Source: an uncultured virus (IMG/VR IMGVR_UViG_3300009681_000519) (Duplodnaviria > Heunggongvirae > Uroviricota > Caudoviricetes). From it: a DNA stretch of 64,000 nucleotides. The stretch's first letter is position 1. Each line of letters opens with the position of its first letter. The stretch lies in IMG/VR virus record IMGVR_UViG_3300009681_000519; one strand, 5' to 3'. Positions 19,025-29,224 of the stretch are shown in pieces. The notes beneath the pieces are model-generated. The model was not told where the DNA came from and searched no databases. It was given only the letters and a program-made list of their open reading frames with translations. Position numbers and translations under genes: made by a program.

Positions 19025-19442
19025 CGTCGTCCTCCTCTCGCGGTTCTTCCCAAGGCCACGCCCACTCACCCGCATCGAACCCGTGCGGCACACCCCGAAC
19101 GATCCCTACCGTGCCGGGCCGCAGGTCGCCGTTGGCGAGGTCGGCCGCCGAAGTCGGTGGCACGCTCGCCGTCGGCATCGTCGCGATGTCTACGACCATC
19201 AAGGGCCGCGTCTGCCCGTCGCCCGTGCCGATGATGACCCCTGCGAGGTTCCCGCGCATCGTGTGCATCACAACGGTGTCGCCGACCGTCGGCACCCGCG
19301 GCCGGTTCTCACACGGGAACAGCAGAAGGCACCCGCACCGCGGGCACGTCGGCGCATCGTGTTCGAGGTCGCCGATGATGCCGTCGCCGTCGTCAGGCCC
19401 ACTTTTCGCCGGTGGAACCGGTATGGTGTTCTCGTCGCTCAT
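19011..19442 (-). CDS. Hypothetical phage protein
   Basis: AAGGAG RBS; CPRC motif. Confidence 0.55.
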   Translation of the reverse strand: MSDENTIPVPPAKSGPDDGDGIIGDLEHDAPTCPRCGCLLLFPCENRPRVPTVGDTVVMHTMRGNLAGVIIGTGDGQTRPLMVVDIATMPTASVPPTSAADLANGDLRPGTVGIVRGVPHGFDAGEWAWPWEEPREEDDDEGA

Positions 19443-19610
19443 GCCTCGTCTCCTTCACGTCGAACCACGTCGCCACGTTGCACGCACGGCACCGGCCGAC
19501 GTGTTGACCGTGCCGCGGCGGGTAGGCGCTCAACCCGAGGTCGACAAGCGGCCCACCGTACCGGAAGCACCGCGCATCGACCACCCGTTCGTAGGTAGGG
19601 AATCCGATCA

Positions 19611-20270
19611 TCACAGCACCCGAAACTCGCGCCGGTGAGGCGCGCCCAAGTCCCACACGAACCACGCGACCGGTCGCTTCCCGCTGCTGCCCTCCTTGCC
19701 GAACGCAGGCCGTCGGCGCAACGGGTAGCAACTGCACGGCCATCGGTCGTGCAACCGTGCCGCGCGGTCGACCCCGGCCGCAAAGTCGAGCGGCAGCAAC
19801 AGCGCGACAACCCCGGCCGGGCTCGCGACACGGATCGCCTGCTCGATGAACTCAAGCCCGGTCGTGCGCCGCGGCTTCGTGTAGGGCGGGTTGCCCATCA
19901 CGAGCACCGCCCGACGATCGACCGACCCCGCCGCGGCCCATGCCCCGACGAGCTTGCCCACGTCGGGGTCAAGCCAGTCGCCGGTCACGTTCACGTGGGG
20001 CACGTCAAGATCGGCGTCGAACCGCCGGGCGCACTCGCGCGACCGGCCGGGATGCAACTCGACCGCGCATGCCATGAACATCGGCAACCGCGCCTTGTGC
20101 AACGTCAACGTGACATTGCCGATGCCCGCACCGGGGTCGACGACGCACCACCCGTTCGTCGGCTTCTCGGCGATCGGTGCGACGCACGGCAACACCGCCT
20201 CGACGGCCCATGCTGGCGTCACCCAGTTGTCCAGCGGGCCGCCCTGTTCGTTCGTGTCATCGGTCATCAT
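19611..20270 (-). CDS. Amino (probably N6-adenine) DNA methyltransferase
   Basis: WVTP, VDPGAGIG SAM-binding motif, GNPPY catalytic motif, WFVW terminus. Confidence 0.85.
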   Translation of the reverse strand: MMTDDTNEQGGPLDNWVTPAWAVEAVLPCVAPIAEKPTNGWCVVDPGAGIGNVTLTLHKARLPMFMACAVELHPGRSRECARRFDADLDVPHVNVTGDWLDPDVGKLVGAWAAAGSVDRRAVLVMGNPPYTKPRRTTGLEFIEQAIRVASPAGVVALLLPLDFAAGVDRAARLHDRWPCSCYPLRRRPAFGKEGSSGKRPVAWFVWDLGAPHRREFRVL

Positions 20271-20464
20271 GGTCGGCATCATGCCGCAGTTGCTCCTCGC
20301 GGTGCGCTTCCCATGCGCCCCGCAACGTGTCGAACTCCCCCCACTCACCGGTGGTGACTGCCGCAACGAACGCCCGTTCGAGCTTCCGCCTGACCATCAA
20401 CGCATCGTCACAGCACACCCCGTCGACCCACCGGCAGCCGCACGGCGGGCGGTACACAACCGCC

Positions 20465-20818
20465 TCATCGCTTTTCGAGCGCCGCCACGACAGGCCGGAT
20501 GCGCGCTCGCTGGTATTCGGTAAGTCCCGGCGTGGCGAGTGTCATGCGAAGGAACACGACATAGCCGTGCCCCATCGACGAGTATGCCGCCAACGCCGCC
20601 CGTGCCTCGTCGATGGCTTGCTGCCGCACCTTGTCGGGCATCGACCCCGGCCATCGTTCCGAATCGGCACACCCCTCCTCCCACGACCAGAACGACTCCT
20701 GCCGTGCCCGGCGCATCGCCGCCTCGCCGTCGTGAATCGCCCGCGCGAGCGCCTCAACCTCCTCCGACGTGAACACCGCCGGTGGGCGCACGTCATCCTC
20801 GTCCAGTTCGAGCCCCAT
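20465..20818 (-). CDS. Hypothetical phage protein
   Basis: GGGAGG RBS; GC3-biased ORF. Confidence 0.5.
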   Translation of the reverse strand: MGLELDEDDVRPPAVFTSEEVEALARAIHDGEAAMRRARQESFWSWEEGCADSERWPGSMPDKVRQQAIDEARAALAAYSSMGHGYVVFLRMTLATPGLTEYQRARIRPVVAALEKR

Positions 20819-21086
20819 CGGTGCCTCCCTTCAGTTCGATGCGCGGCATCAAGGCGCGGAACGAACGGGCCGCCGACACCAACTGCTTGACCCCCATGAG
20901 CGTCACCCGCAGTTCCGCCCGTCGCGCGTTGTCGATTGGCTTGCCGTCGTCGTCGGCGGTGGTGGCCGCCAACAGCAGTTCGAGCTTGTCGGCCTGCACT
21001 GCAATCGCGTCGAGGTCGACGCTGGTGATGAGCCCGGCCGCGGCACCGAGCCGCACGAGTGCTTCGTTGTATTCGGTCGGTGTCAT
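20793..21086 (-). CDS. Hypothetical phage protein
   Basis: GAGG RBS; MTPTEYNEAL…. Confidence 0.55.
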   Translation of the reverse strand: MTPTEYNEALVRLGAAAGLITSVDLDAIAVQADKLELLLAATTADDDGKPIDNARRAELRVTLMGVKQLVSAARSFRALMPRIELKGGTDGARTGRG

Positions 21087-21090
21087 GTCG

Positions 21091-23064
21091 TCATCCTCGC
21101 AGGAACACCCGCACGTCGTCCAGGTTGCGCGTACACCGCACCCCGCCGAGCGACTTGATGAACTGCCGCCCATAGGCCTTTTCGTGCACCCGCCGGTCGA
21201 GGCACACGACCACGCCCCGGTCGGTCGTCGACCGAATGAGGCGGCCGAACCCCTGCCGGAACGCGATGAGTGCCCGCGGCAACGACCACTTCTGGAACCA
21301 CCCCTTCGGGTCGCGTTCGGCGACCGCATCGAGCACCGGGTCTTCCGGGGTGGCGAACGGCAACCGGTCGATGATGAGGCACGACAACGCCTCGCCGGGT
21401 ACGTCGATGCCCTCCCAGAACGATTCGGTTCCGAGCAGCACCGACGACACGTCGCGGCGGAACTCCTCGACGAGCGCGGTGCGCGACCCCTCCCCCTGCA
21501 CGAGCACCCGGTACTTCGATGCGATGCCGTTCGACCGCAACCGTTCGGCCGCGAGGTTGAGGTTGCGGTAGGACGTGAACAGCCCGAGCGTGCGGCCTTC
21601 CGCCAACTCGACCGTGCGCAACACCGCGTTCGCCATCTCCTCACGGAACGCCGGATCGTTCGGGTCGGGCATCGTCGCCGGTACGATGAACAGGGCTTGC
21701 CGGGCCATGTCGAACGGGCTGGGCACGACGACCTCGGCCGATTCGTCAACCCCGAGGTCGATGGCGACGTGCTCGAAGTCACCCGCGACCGTCGTCATCG
21801 TCGCCGACATCGCCGTCACGCTCGCGGCCTTGCCGAACAGCCCGGCCCGAAGGTCGTCGGCGACATCGATCGGCTTGATGCACACGGCCGCCCGCGGCCC
21901 ACCCCGGCCGCCCGGTGACTCCTCGATGAAGTACACCTCGCCGTCGGGGTTCGCCATGTCGGAGGCACGCGATAAGCACGCCGCGTGTTCGTTCGCCCGG
22001 CGTGCGATGTTGCGGAACGCCGCCCGGTCGCCGCCGTCGAACGAGGCATCGTCGCCGAGCGCGATGAACTGCTTGCCGAGCCGTTGCAACGACCCGGCCA
22101 ACGTCGAGGCGTTGATCTCGCCCGGCCGCCGCAGCCGCACCCGGTAGTCCTTCGACCGCTTGTAGGCGAGCATCCGAGCGAAGAAGATGCCCGCCTCATC
22201 CTCGACCGCGACGAGCGCCCGTTCGACATCGCCCGGCACGCCGTCGACCTGTGCATCGCGCATCGTTCGCATCGCGTCGTTGACCAGCCGACGGCACGCC
22301 GCCTCGCTCGTCTTGAGCCCGAAGAAGTCGCGGGCGATGTCGGCCGCCCGATGCCCCTCGTCGAGTACCGCCGCGTCGTACACCGGCAGCACCCCGACCG
22401 AATCGTCTGTCTCGCCGCGCACCGACATGTCGGCGAACAGAAGGTGGTAGTTCGCCACGACGACGTTCGCCAACGCCGCGGCCGCCTTCGCCCGTTGCAC
22501 GAAGCACTCGTCGCGCCTCGGGCACCGCGACCCCTTGCACTGGTCCGACCCCACCGACAGCTCCCCCCACAACCGATACACCGGCACCTCGGGCAGTTCC
22601 GACACGTCACCGGTCGCCGTCGTGCGCGCCCATCCGAGCAGCCGGTCGAACGCCGACGCATCGTCGGGTGCCATCTTGCCCAGCGCCTCGTCGGCGTGGT
22701 CGAGCCGGTCGAGGCACACGTAGTTCGACCGCCCCTTGGCGAGCGCAAACTCGAACGGGAACGGCAACACCCGCTTGAGGAACGGGAGGTCTTTGCCCAC
22801 GAGCTGTTCCTGCAACGCGATGTTCGCCGTCGCGATGACGACCCGCGTTCGCATGCCGCGGGTCGTGTGCCACGCCGCGGGCACCGCGTAGGCCATCGAC
22901 TTGCCCGTGCCCGTCGGTGCCTCGGCGAGCAGATGCTTGCCGTCGCGCAACGCCGCGTCGACGGCTTCGGACAACTCGATCTGCCCTGCTCGCGGTTCGT
23001 ACCGGGGCAGGCTGCGCGCGAGCACCCCGCCCGCACCGAACACGTCCTTGATGTAGTCGCTCAT
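21091..23064 (-). CDS. dinG: DinG/YoaA-family Fe-S helicase
   Basis: EAPTGTGKS, KGRSNYVC and CKGSRCPRRDEC (Fe-S Cys), DEGH, SAT, EGIDVPG, QGFGRLIR. Confidence 0.93.
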   Translation of the reverse strand: MSDYIKDVFGAGGVLARSLPRYEPRAGQIELSEAVDAALRDGKHLLAEAPTGTGKSMAYAVPAAWHTTRGMRTRVVIATANIALQEQLVGKDLPFLKRVLPFPFEFALAKGRSNYVCLDRLDHADEALGKMAPDDASAFDRLLGWARTTATGDVSELPEVPVYRLWGELSVGSDQCKGSRCPRRDECFVQRAKAAAALANVVVANYHLLFADMSVRGETDDSVGVLPVYDAAVLDEGHRAADIARDFFGLKTSEAACRRLVNDAMRTMRDAQVDGVPGDVERALVAVEDEAGIFFARMLAYKRSKDYRVRLRRPGEINASTLAGSLQRLGKQFIALGDDASFDGGDRAAFRNIARRANEHAACLSRASDMANPDGEVYFIEESPGGRGGPRAAVCIKPIDVADDLRAGLFGKAASVTAMSATMTTVAGDFEHVAIDLGVDESAEVVVPSPFDMARQALFIVPATMPDPNDPAFREEMANAVLRTVELAEGRTLGLFTSYRNLNLAAERLRSNGIASKYRVLVQGEGSRTALVEEFRRDVSSVLLGTESFWEGIDVPGEALSCLIIDRLPFATPEDPVLDAVAERDPKGWFQKWSLPRALIAFRQGFGRLIRSTTDRGVVVCLDRRVHEKAYGRQFIKSLGGVRCTRNLDDVRVFLRG

Positions 23065-23086
23065 AGGGGATTCCTCCGACACCACG

Positions 23087-23106
23087 ACGGATGATCGATC
23101 ATCCGT
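23087..23106. repeat. Dispersed 20-bp palindrome, copy 3
   Basis: Exact copy between the CATGAT motif and the dinG RBS. Confidence 0.95.
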
Positions 23107-23137
23107 GCCGGGTCGCGGTCATCATGCCGCGCGAGCG

Positions 23138-23635
23138 TCAGTTGAGGATGCGGGTCGAACCCGGAAGGAGATGGCGCAGCAGGTCGAGGTCGCCGTTGTA
23201 CGTTGTCGCCGCGAACGAACCGACGGTCGGGGTGCCGTCGTGTTCCTCGATGATGGCGACGTAGGTCTCCGGTTGCCGCCCGGCGACCTCCACGATGAAC
23301 ATGACGACCGGCCGCACACCGATCTCGGCGATGTTCGCCTGCCCCGGTAGCATGAGCACCGACCACACCGCTTGCACGCGGTCGGCGAACTCGCGCAACG
23401 AATCGGCGAGGCGTTCCCGCGGCGCACCGCGCACCGGTGCCTCGATGTCGACGGCAATCGTGTCGTGCCGCGGGCGTTGCGTCACCGGGTCGCGCCTCAC
23501 GCCGAAGAACGCGAACGAGGTCGGCATCGACCGCACCCGCAACTGGTCGTCGAGCGCCCGGCGTGCCCGGTGCAATGCCTCGGAGGCCTCGGCCAAGGCG
23601 GGTGTTCCGATGAGGCCAAGTGGGTCGCGGTTCAT
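23138..23635 (-). CDS. Hypothetical phage protein
   Basis: GAGGAG RBS; start overlaps upstream stop. Confidence 0.55.
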   Translation of the reverse strand: MNRDPLGLIGTPALAEASEALHRARRALDDQLRVRSMPTSFAFFGVRRDPVTQRPRHDTIAVDIEAPVRGAPRERLADSLREFADRVQAVWSVLMLPGQANIAEIGVRPVVMFIVEVAGRQPETYVAIIEEHDGTPTVGSFAATTYNGDLDLLRHLLPGSTRILN

Positions 23636-23916
23636 CGGGTCGGCACTCCTCGGCGCAACGACCCCGGCCGCACGATGCGCGGTGCATCAAGCGGGTCGCG
23701 ATGAGCGTGCGCCTTCGCGAAGTTGTTGATGTGGTTGCGCACGAGCCCCGACGTGCACTGCACTTGCCACGTCGCACCGCACTGCTCGCACTTGATCTCG
23801 ACCTTCTGAGGTTCGGGTAACCGCGTGTCGGGGTCGAACGTGCGGCGGGTGAACCGGCCGAGCACGTGCTTCGCCCAATCGGGCCGCCACTCCTCCCACA
23901 CCGGTTCGTCAGCCAT
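23632..23916 (-). CDS. Small zinc-finger protein
   Basis: CEQC…FAKAHAH; AAGGAG RBS. Confidence 0.6.
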   Translation of the reverse strand: MADEPVWEEWRPDWAKHVLGRFTRRTFDPDTRLPEPQKVEIKCEQCGATWQVQCTSGLVRNHINNFAKAHAHRDPLDAPRIVRPGSLRRGVPTR

Positions 23917-24232
23917 CGCTCGTCTCCTTCGCCATCGAATCTACCGCCGAACGAAACGCCGCAACAGCGCGCAGGAACCGGTCGGCCGCGGCCGAATCAC
24001 GGAACTGCGTGGCGTCATCGCCGAACGCATCGGCGAGCGCGCACGCCGCGGGTATGAGTTCCCGTTCGGCCGCCTTGATGGCGGGATGCGGGTTCATCGA
24101 CGACCGCATCTGCTCGGTGAGCTGCCGAATCGCCGCATCCTTCATGCTGAGTTGGTTGAGTAGGTCGGCGACCGCACCCGAGTAGAAGTCGACGACCGCC
24201 ACGACTGCGTTACTTGCCTTGGCTGCGTTCAT
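23909..24232 (-). CDS. Hypothetical phage protein (putative leaderless)
   Basis: CATGAT-N7-ATG; MNAAKAS…. Confidence 0.55.
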   Translation of the reverse strand: MNAAKASNAVVAVVDFYSGAVADLLNQLSMKDAAIRQLTEQMRSSMNPHPAIKAAERELIPAACALADAFGDDATQFRDSAAADRFLRAVAAFRSAVDSMAKETSDG

Positions 24233-24857
24233 GCCCGGCATCATGCCGCGGGGGGCGGGTTCGGAAGTGGCGCGGCCCCACCGTCGGCACCGCATCAATG
24301 CCCACCTTGCGGGCCAACGTCTCGAACCCCGCGTTGATGCGGTCGGCCGCCGGGCACGACCGCGCCTTGCACCCGGCATAGGTGCGGAACATCGTGGCCG
24401 GGGTCGCGTTGCGCGAGAAGTGCGTCAGCCACCGCAACGCGAGCTTCGTTGCGAGCCGGTTGTCGGTGCAGATCTCCTCGCGGGTGTGCCCGGCCCATGC
24501 CCGGCCGACCATGAGCTGGTACATCGAGATCGACCGGCCGCCGTCACACCACCCCGACCCATCCGTCAACGCCGCATCGCACAGCGAGCAGTCTTGAATG
24601 TTGGCGCGCAACCCGCTCTCGTGATGCGCGACCGCGAGAAGCGCGATGGCCGACGCCTCCTTCGCCGCCGGGCCGTCGAACGGCAATCGGGTCGCGTGGT
24701 CGACGGCATCAACGATGTCGTGGGCGATGCCGCACAACCGGGCCGTCGGTTCCGTCGCGCACACGGCGTCGATGTCGACACCGGCCTGCTGGACGACCGT
24801 CGCCGGTTGCTTCGTCAGTTGCAGCATGAGCACAAGTAGTGTGGTGAACGTGTCCAT
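24210..24857 (-). CDS. Lysozyme-fold / lytic transglycosylase-like protein
   Basis: LLAVAHHESG (catalytic Glu-Ser), DGGRSISMYQL, hydrophobic N-terminus. Confidence 0.65.
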   Translation of the reverse strand: MDTFTTLLVLMLQLTKQPATVVQQAGVDIDAVCATEPTARLCGIAHDIVDAVDHATRLPFDGPAAKEASAIALLAVAHHESGLRANIQDCSLCDAALTDGSGWCDGGRSISMYQLMVGRAWAGHTREEICTDNRLATKLALRWLTHFSRNATPATMFRTYAGCKARSCPAADRINAGFETLARKVGIDAVPTVGPRHFRTRPPRHDAGHERSQGK

Positions 24858-24878
24858 GCCCGCGTTGTAGCACAGGCC

Positions 24879-25346
24879 TCAGCGTTCCCGTGCATCGGGG
24901 GGCGTGTCGTCCGTCACGATGACGACCCGATGGGTGCCCATGATCTCGCCGAGCCGGTCGACGAACTCGGCCCTGTCCTCGGGCGGAACACCGGCGAGTG
25001 GGTCGGTCGGGTCGACGCCCCGTTCGAGCATGGCGCGCAGCACCGGGTCGTCGTCGGCGACCGTCCACCCGTTCGCCTCATCATCGGCGATGCGGTCGGG
25101 GTCGTGCGGGTCCTTGTTCGCGAGGTCGCGCTCCCGCCACTCGATGCCGCGGTCGAACCCCGCACGGTAGGACGCCTCGCCGTGTTGCATCGCGAACTCG
25201 ACCCAATCGGCGACCGATGCCGACGGGTGCATCGCGCGGAACACCAACACCTCGTCGCGCAACCGTGGCGGCGGTTGCGGCCCCTCATAGAACACCCCGG
25301 CGAGCCGTTCGAGCGTGTCGCGCACGAACCGGGCGACCGCGTTCAC
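24879..25346 (-). CDS. Hypothetical phage protein
   Basis: GGAGG RBS before GTG overlapping the MTase stop. Confidence 0.55.
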   Translation of the reverse strand: MNAVARFVRDTLERLAGVFYEGPQPPPRLRDEVLVFRAMHPSASVADWVEFAMQHGEASYRAGFDRGIEWRERDLANKDPHDPDRIADDEANGWTVADDDPVLRAMLERGVDPTDPLAGVPPEDRAEFVDRLGEIMGTHRVVIVTDDTPPDARER

Positions 25347-25924
25347 TGCCCGACCTCCAACCGAATCGTCGACTCCACTTCGTTCCCCCATCGGTCCCAT
25401 CCGGGGCGCACCCGCCGGGCGAACAACTCGATGCGCGGTGGCGGCCCGACCTGTTCGGCGAGCACGACGAACAGCGACGGCTTGGTGCTGTGGTTCGACC
25501 GCGGGTACAGGTGCAACGTCGGCAACGCAACCGACGGCCGCGGGGGGCGTCCTCGCACCGCGAACACGATGTGCTCAGTCGCACCCCGGAACCAGTGGCC
25601 GGTCTTCATCGACGGCTCGTCGCGGTCGGCCTTCACCTTCCCCCACGTCAAGATGGTATTCGGCCGGAACCCCCACCCGACCGCCAGTTCGTGCGCCTCG
25701 ACCATGAAGGCGTTGGTGGTCCACAGGAACAGCACGGCATCGGGTGCGGCAATCTGCCCGACCGGCAACCGCCGAAGCTCGTCGACCGACATCGGCGGGT
25801 AGTGGTTGGCGATCCCTACCTGCACGATCTTCTTGCCCGGCCGACCCCGACCCGCATTGCCGGTCGGGCCGCCCTCGTCGTTGTACGGCCATGGCGGGTC
25901 GACGATGATCGTGCCGTAGTTCAA
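25343..25924 (-). CDS. MT-A70 family adenine methyltransferase
   Basis: IIVDPPW, HYPPMS, LFLWTTN, GHWFRGATEH, HSTKP, IELFAR, WGNE. Confidence 0.92.
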   Translation of the reverse strand: MNYGTIIVDPPWPYNDEGGPTGNAGRGRPGKKIVQVGIANHYPPMSVDELRRLPVGQIAAPDAVLFLWTTNAFMVEAHELAVGWGFRPNTILTWGKVKADRDEPSMKTGHWFRGATEHIVFAVRGRPPRPSVALPTLHLYPRSNHSTKPSLFVVLAEQVGPPPRIELFARRVRPGWDRWGNEVESTIRLEVGQ

Positions 25925-26607
25925 TGCTCGACCTCGACCGCCTTGCTGCGCGCCTTCTTGCGCTGTGTTGGGGTCGCCGTGCGTTCGAGTAGCTCGCGCA
26001 CGATCGTGCCCGACTTCTTGTTGAGCCGTTGCGAGGCCTCGGCGAGCAACCCCTTGACCGCATCGCGTTCGGTCACGGAATCGAACGCAAGCGACAACGT
26101 GACCGACTTGGCGAACGCCGACCCGCCGTCGTCGCCGTCGATGTTCGTCGGCACCGTGAGCAGGCGCGTCAACTCCACGTCGCTGAAGCCGGTCGCGAGC
26201 CGTTCACCGTCGGTGAGCGCCGCGTCGGTGTTCACGCCCACGAGCAGCTTGCGCAGCATGTCATCGTCGAACGTGCCCTCGGTGTTGTTGAGCGCGACGT
26301 TGAGGATGCGGGCACGCCGTTCGTCAATGTCGAGCACGACCGCCGGGATTGCCATCTCGCGTGCCGCATCGCCCGCGATGACCGCGAGCGCCCGATGCCG
26401 TTGATGCCCGCCGATGATGTTCATGCCGCGCTTCTGCACGACGATGGGTTCGACGAACCCGTTGACCCGGATCGACTGCACGAGTGCCGCGAACTTCGCC
26501 GCCGTGATGCGCCGCGGGTTGTACGCCGACGGGTTCACGTCACCGTGCTTGACCATCGTGACCGGATGCACCCGCACCACGCCGCCATTGCCCTTCGCTC
26601 CTGCCAT
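25921..26607 (-). CDS. ParB/Srx N-terminal domain protein
   Basis: YNPR…SIRVNGFVEPIVV…IIGGHQR…LNVALN. Confidence 0.88.
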   Translation of the reverse strand: MAGAKGNGGVVRVHPVTMVKHGDVNPSAYNPRRITAAKFAALVQSIRVNGFVEPIVVQKRGMNIIGGHQRHRALAVIAGDAAREMAIPAVVLDIDERRARILNVALNNTEGTFDDDMLRKLLVGVNTDAALTDGERLATGFSDVELTRLLTVPTNIDGDDGGSAFAKSVTLSLAFDSVTERDAVKGLLAEASQRLNKKSGTIVRELLERTATPTQRKKARSKAVEVEH

Positions 26608-26613
26608 GCGAAC

Positions 26614-27234
26614 CTACCCTGCGGCCTTGCGCAGCCGCTCGCGTTCCATCCACCGTCGCCGGAACGTCTCCGACGACTGCCACAACCGCCCCTCGACACC
26701 GAGGAACGTCACCGGGTCGACAGCGAGCAGCCGATCGTGCGTGTACCCCGATGGCACCACCTCGGCAACGTCGACCCCGGCAAGGTCATCGGTGCCCCAC
26801 ACGAAGTCGGGGAACGGCAGCCCGAGCTGTTCAACGAGCCCGGCACGCACGAGCACGATCCATGGGGGAATCTTGCGCGGCTCGCCGAACCGTTCGGGCG
26901 GGTCGGCGTTGCGCCGCATCCACAGCATCGGCTCGGCCCCGAGTTCGACGGCCTGCCCGACGGCCTGCCGCCACCATCCCCACACCGGGCACGGTCGGCC
27001 GAGCACGAAGTTGCGCGGCGACCACGCCTCGCGCCGCTTGCTCTCGACCGTGAACGGGAACGTCTCGGAGGTCGTCATCACGTCGCCCGACATGCGGAAC
27101 CCACGCCGCACGTCGGGCGTCGACCACCCGCCCGACTGCGGGGTGCGAACGAACTGCGCCGCGGGGTCGCACCGCTGCCACCATGCTTGCAGCATGCGGG
27201 CGACTTCTCGTTCGGCGACCTTTCCCTTGCTCAC
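26614..27234 (-). CDS. Holliday junction resolvase-like PD-(D/E)xK nuclease
   Basis: SKGKVAEREVA…RTPQSGG…GDV…VESKR. Confidence 0.8.
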   Translation of the reverse strand: MSKGKVAEREVARMLQAWWQRCDPAAQFVRTPQSGGWSTPDVRRGFRMSGDVMTTSETFPFTVESKRREAWSPRNFVLGRPCPVWGWWRQAVGQAVELGAEPMLWMRRNADPPERFGEPRKIPPWIVLVRAGLVEQLGLPFPDFVWGTDDLAGVDVAEVVPSGYTHDRLLAVDPVTFLGVEGRLWQSSETFRRRWMERERLRKAAG

Positions 27235-27248
27235 AGCCCAATCCTACG

Positions 27249-29222
27249 TCACGAGACGACCGGGTGCGAGCCCGCGGCGTCGGCAACGACAACGACCCGG
27301 CCCGGCATCGCGTCCATGATGCCCCGGTCGTGCGCCACGACCATTGCCTGCGCGAACCCGTACCGGCCGCGCAACAACGTGGCAAGGTGCGTCGCGAGCG
27401 CCCGCTTGTTCGTCGGGTCGAGCGCCCCGAACGGTTCGTCGATGAACGCCGCCGACCACGCCGCACCCCGCCGGGCACGCAGCCACGCACCGGCCGCGAG
27501 CTGGATGACGACCCCGGCCAAGTCCTCGGCCGCACCCGACACGTCGCTGAGGTTCACCTCGATGCGTTCGATCGACTTCGGGCCTCGGGTCGTTCCGCAC
27601 CGACCGCACGTCTTCGCTGCCTTGCCGCGCGGGAACGGCGTGCCGCACACCGAACAGTCGTCGGCGAGGTCGCGGCCCTCGTGCGACCACGTGATGTCGA
27701 CCCGCAGATCGATGCCCGCCTCGGCCAGCGAGTCGTTCGCCATGTCGGCAATGCTCGCGAGCGCACCCTCGGCGATGCGTCGTTGCGCCCCGTTCTTGCC
27801 GAGGATGACGACCGCCCGTTGCAACGATGCGATCCGTCGCCGCACGTCGGCGAGCCGTTCGGCGCACTTGTCGACGCCCGCGAACTCCCGGTCGACCATG
27901 CCCGACACCCGGTCAATCTCGCGGGCATCGGCCTCGGCCTTCTGATACGCCTCCCACGCCTCGGCCGCCTCGCGTTCGAGGTCGGTCGGGTCGGGCGGTG
28001 CACCGTCGCGGGCGATGCGATCCTTCGCCGCCCGGTAGGATTCGGCCTGCTTGAGCAGCGCGGCCTGTTGCGCGATGCGCCCCTGCGCCTCACGCTGCTC
28101 GTCGGTCGCGATGCGCAACCGGTCGAGCGCCGCGGTGTGGGTCGCCCGTGCCGCGTTCAACGCCGCCCGCGCTTCAGCGAGCAACTTCGCGTTCCGACCC
28201 GATGCAAGGTTCATCGCGTCCTTGTCGGGGCAGACGTGCCCGTCAACCGGGCATCGGCCGTCGAACGCCCCGCACGCCAGCCGTTCGGTGTCGCGCACCC
28301 GCGTCGTTGCGGCTTGCACCGCCGCGTTCGCGTTGGATGCCGTCGCACGTTCCTGCTCAACCGTCGCGGTTGCTGCCGTCAGGGCGGCCGCCAGTGCGGT
28401 CGGGTCGCCGACCATGTTCGCTTGCTTGGTGAGGCGGTCGAACATCGCCGCATCGGCCGCCGCGTGCCGCCACTCGGCGATGCGGTCGACTTCCCCCTTG
28501 TGCGCCTCGGCCCGCTTCCGTGCCGCATCGGCCTGCCGCCGGGCCTCGGCGTTCAACATGCCCATCTCGACGTTCGCTTCGTCGCGCGTCGGGTCGCCGA
28601 CCTCATCGAAGTACCGCCCGAGCAGCTCGCGCACCATGTCGGCGTGCGCCTTGCCCTCGGCCGCGATACCGCCCTCCGATTCAAGGCACCGGTTGAGCAT
28701 CGCCCGCACAGACCGTTCGGCCCGCTGCAACGGTTCGAGCTGCAACCACCCGGCGATGACCTTCATGCGGTCGGCCGGTTGTGTCGTCACGAACCGGGCG
28801 ATCTGCTTCTGCGGAAAGAAGCACGTCGCCGTGAAGTCGGTGTCGGTGAGCCCGACCCGTTCCTCGATGATGCGTTGCGCATCGTCACCGAACGCCTTGG
28901 TGCCGTCGGGTAGCACAACGCCAAGCCGCGTTGCCTTCCCGCGCTCGCGTCGGCGTTCGATCGTCGTGCCGTCGCTGAGACGCAGCCCAACACCGCCCTC
29001 GGGCTCGTCGCGAGTGATCCACCCGTCCTCGACCGGGGCCGGATGCCTGCCGAACAAAGCAAACCGCACCGCGTTCAACAGCGTGGTCTTGCCGAGCCAG
29101 TTCGATCGGTCCTCGTCGGCGTGATGCCGCGCCACGATCCCGTACACCGTCGGGGCCAACGTCAACCGATGTTCGCCGCGGTATCGCAACCAGTTGAACA
29201 GCCGAATCTCCTCGACGTGCAT
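27249..29222 (-). CDS. sbcC: SbcC/Rad50-like SMC ATPase
   Basis: NWLGKTT Walker A, Q-loop FFPQ, coiled coils with CPVDGHVC hook, FIDEPFGALD, VVAH. Confidence 0.88.
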   Translation of the reverse strand: MHVEEIRLFNWLRYRGEHRLTLAPTVYGIVARHHADEDRSNWLGKTTLLNAVRFALFGRHPAPVEDGWITRDEPEGGVGLRLSDGTTIERRRERGKATRLGVVLPDGTKAFGDDAQRIIEERVGLTDTDFTATCFFPQKQIARFVTTQPADRMKVIAGWLQLEPLQRAERSVRAMLNRCLESEGGIAAEGKAHADMVRELLGRYFDEVGDPTRDEANVEMGMLNAEARRQADAARKRAEAHKGEVDRIAEWRHAAADAAMFDRLTKQANMVGDPTALAAALTAATATVEQERATASNANAAVQAATTRVRDTERLACGAFDGRCPVDGHVCPDKDAMNLASGRNAKLLAEARAALNAARATHTAALDRLRIATDEQREAQGRIAQQAALLKQAESYRAAKDRIARDGAPPDPTDLEREAAEAWEAYQKAEADAREIDRVSGMVDREFAGVDKCAERLADVRRRIASLQRAVVILGKNGAQRRIAEGALASIADMANDSLAEAGIDLRVDITWSHEGRDLADDCSVCGTPFPRGKAAKTCGRCGTTRGPKSIERIEVNLSDVSGAAEDLAGVVIQLAAGAWLRARRGAAWSAAFIDEPFGALDPTNKRALATHLATLLRGRYGFAQAMVVAHDRGIMDAMPGRVVVVADAAGSHPVVS

Positions 29223-29224
29223 GG

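Noticed and set aside
21091..23064. DinG as a type IV CRISPR component (CasDinG)
   Set aside because: It has Fe-S cysteines like chromosomal DinG/YoaA, and no csf genes or array are nearby.
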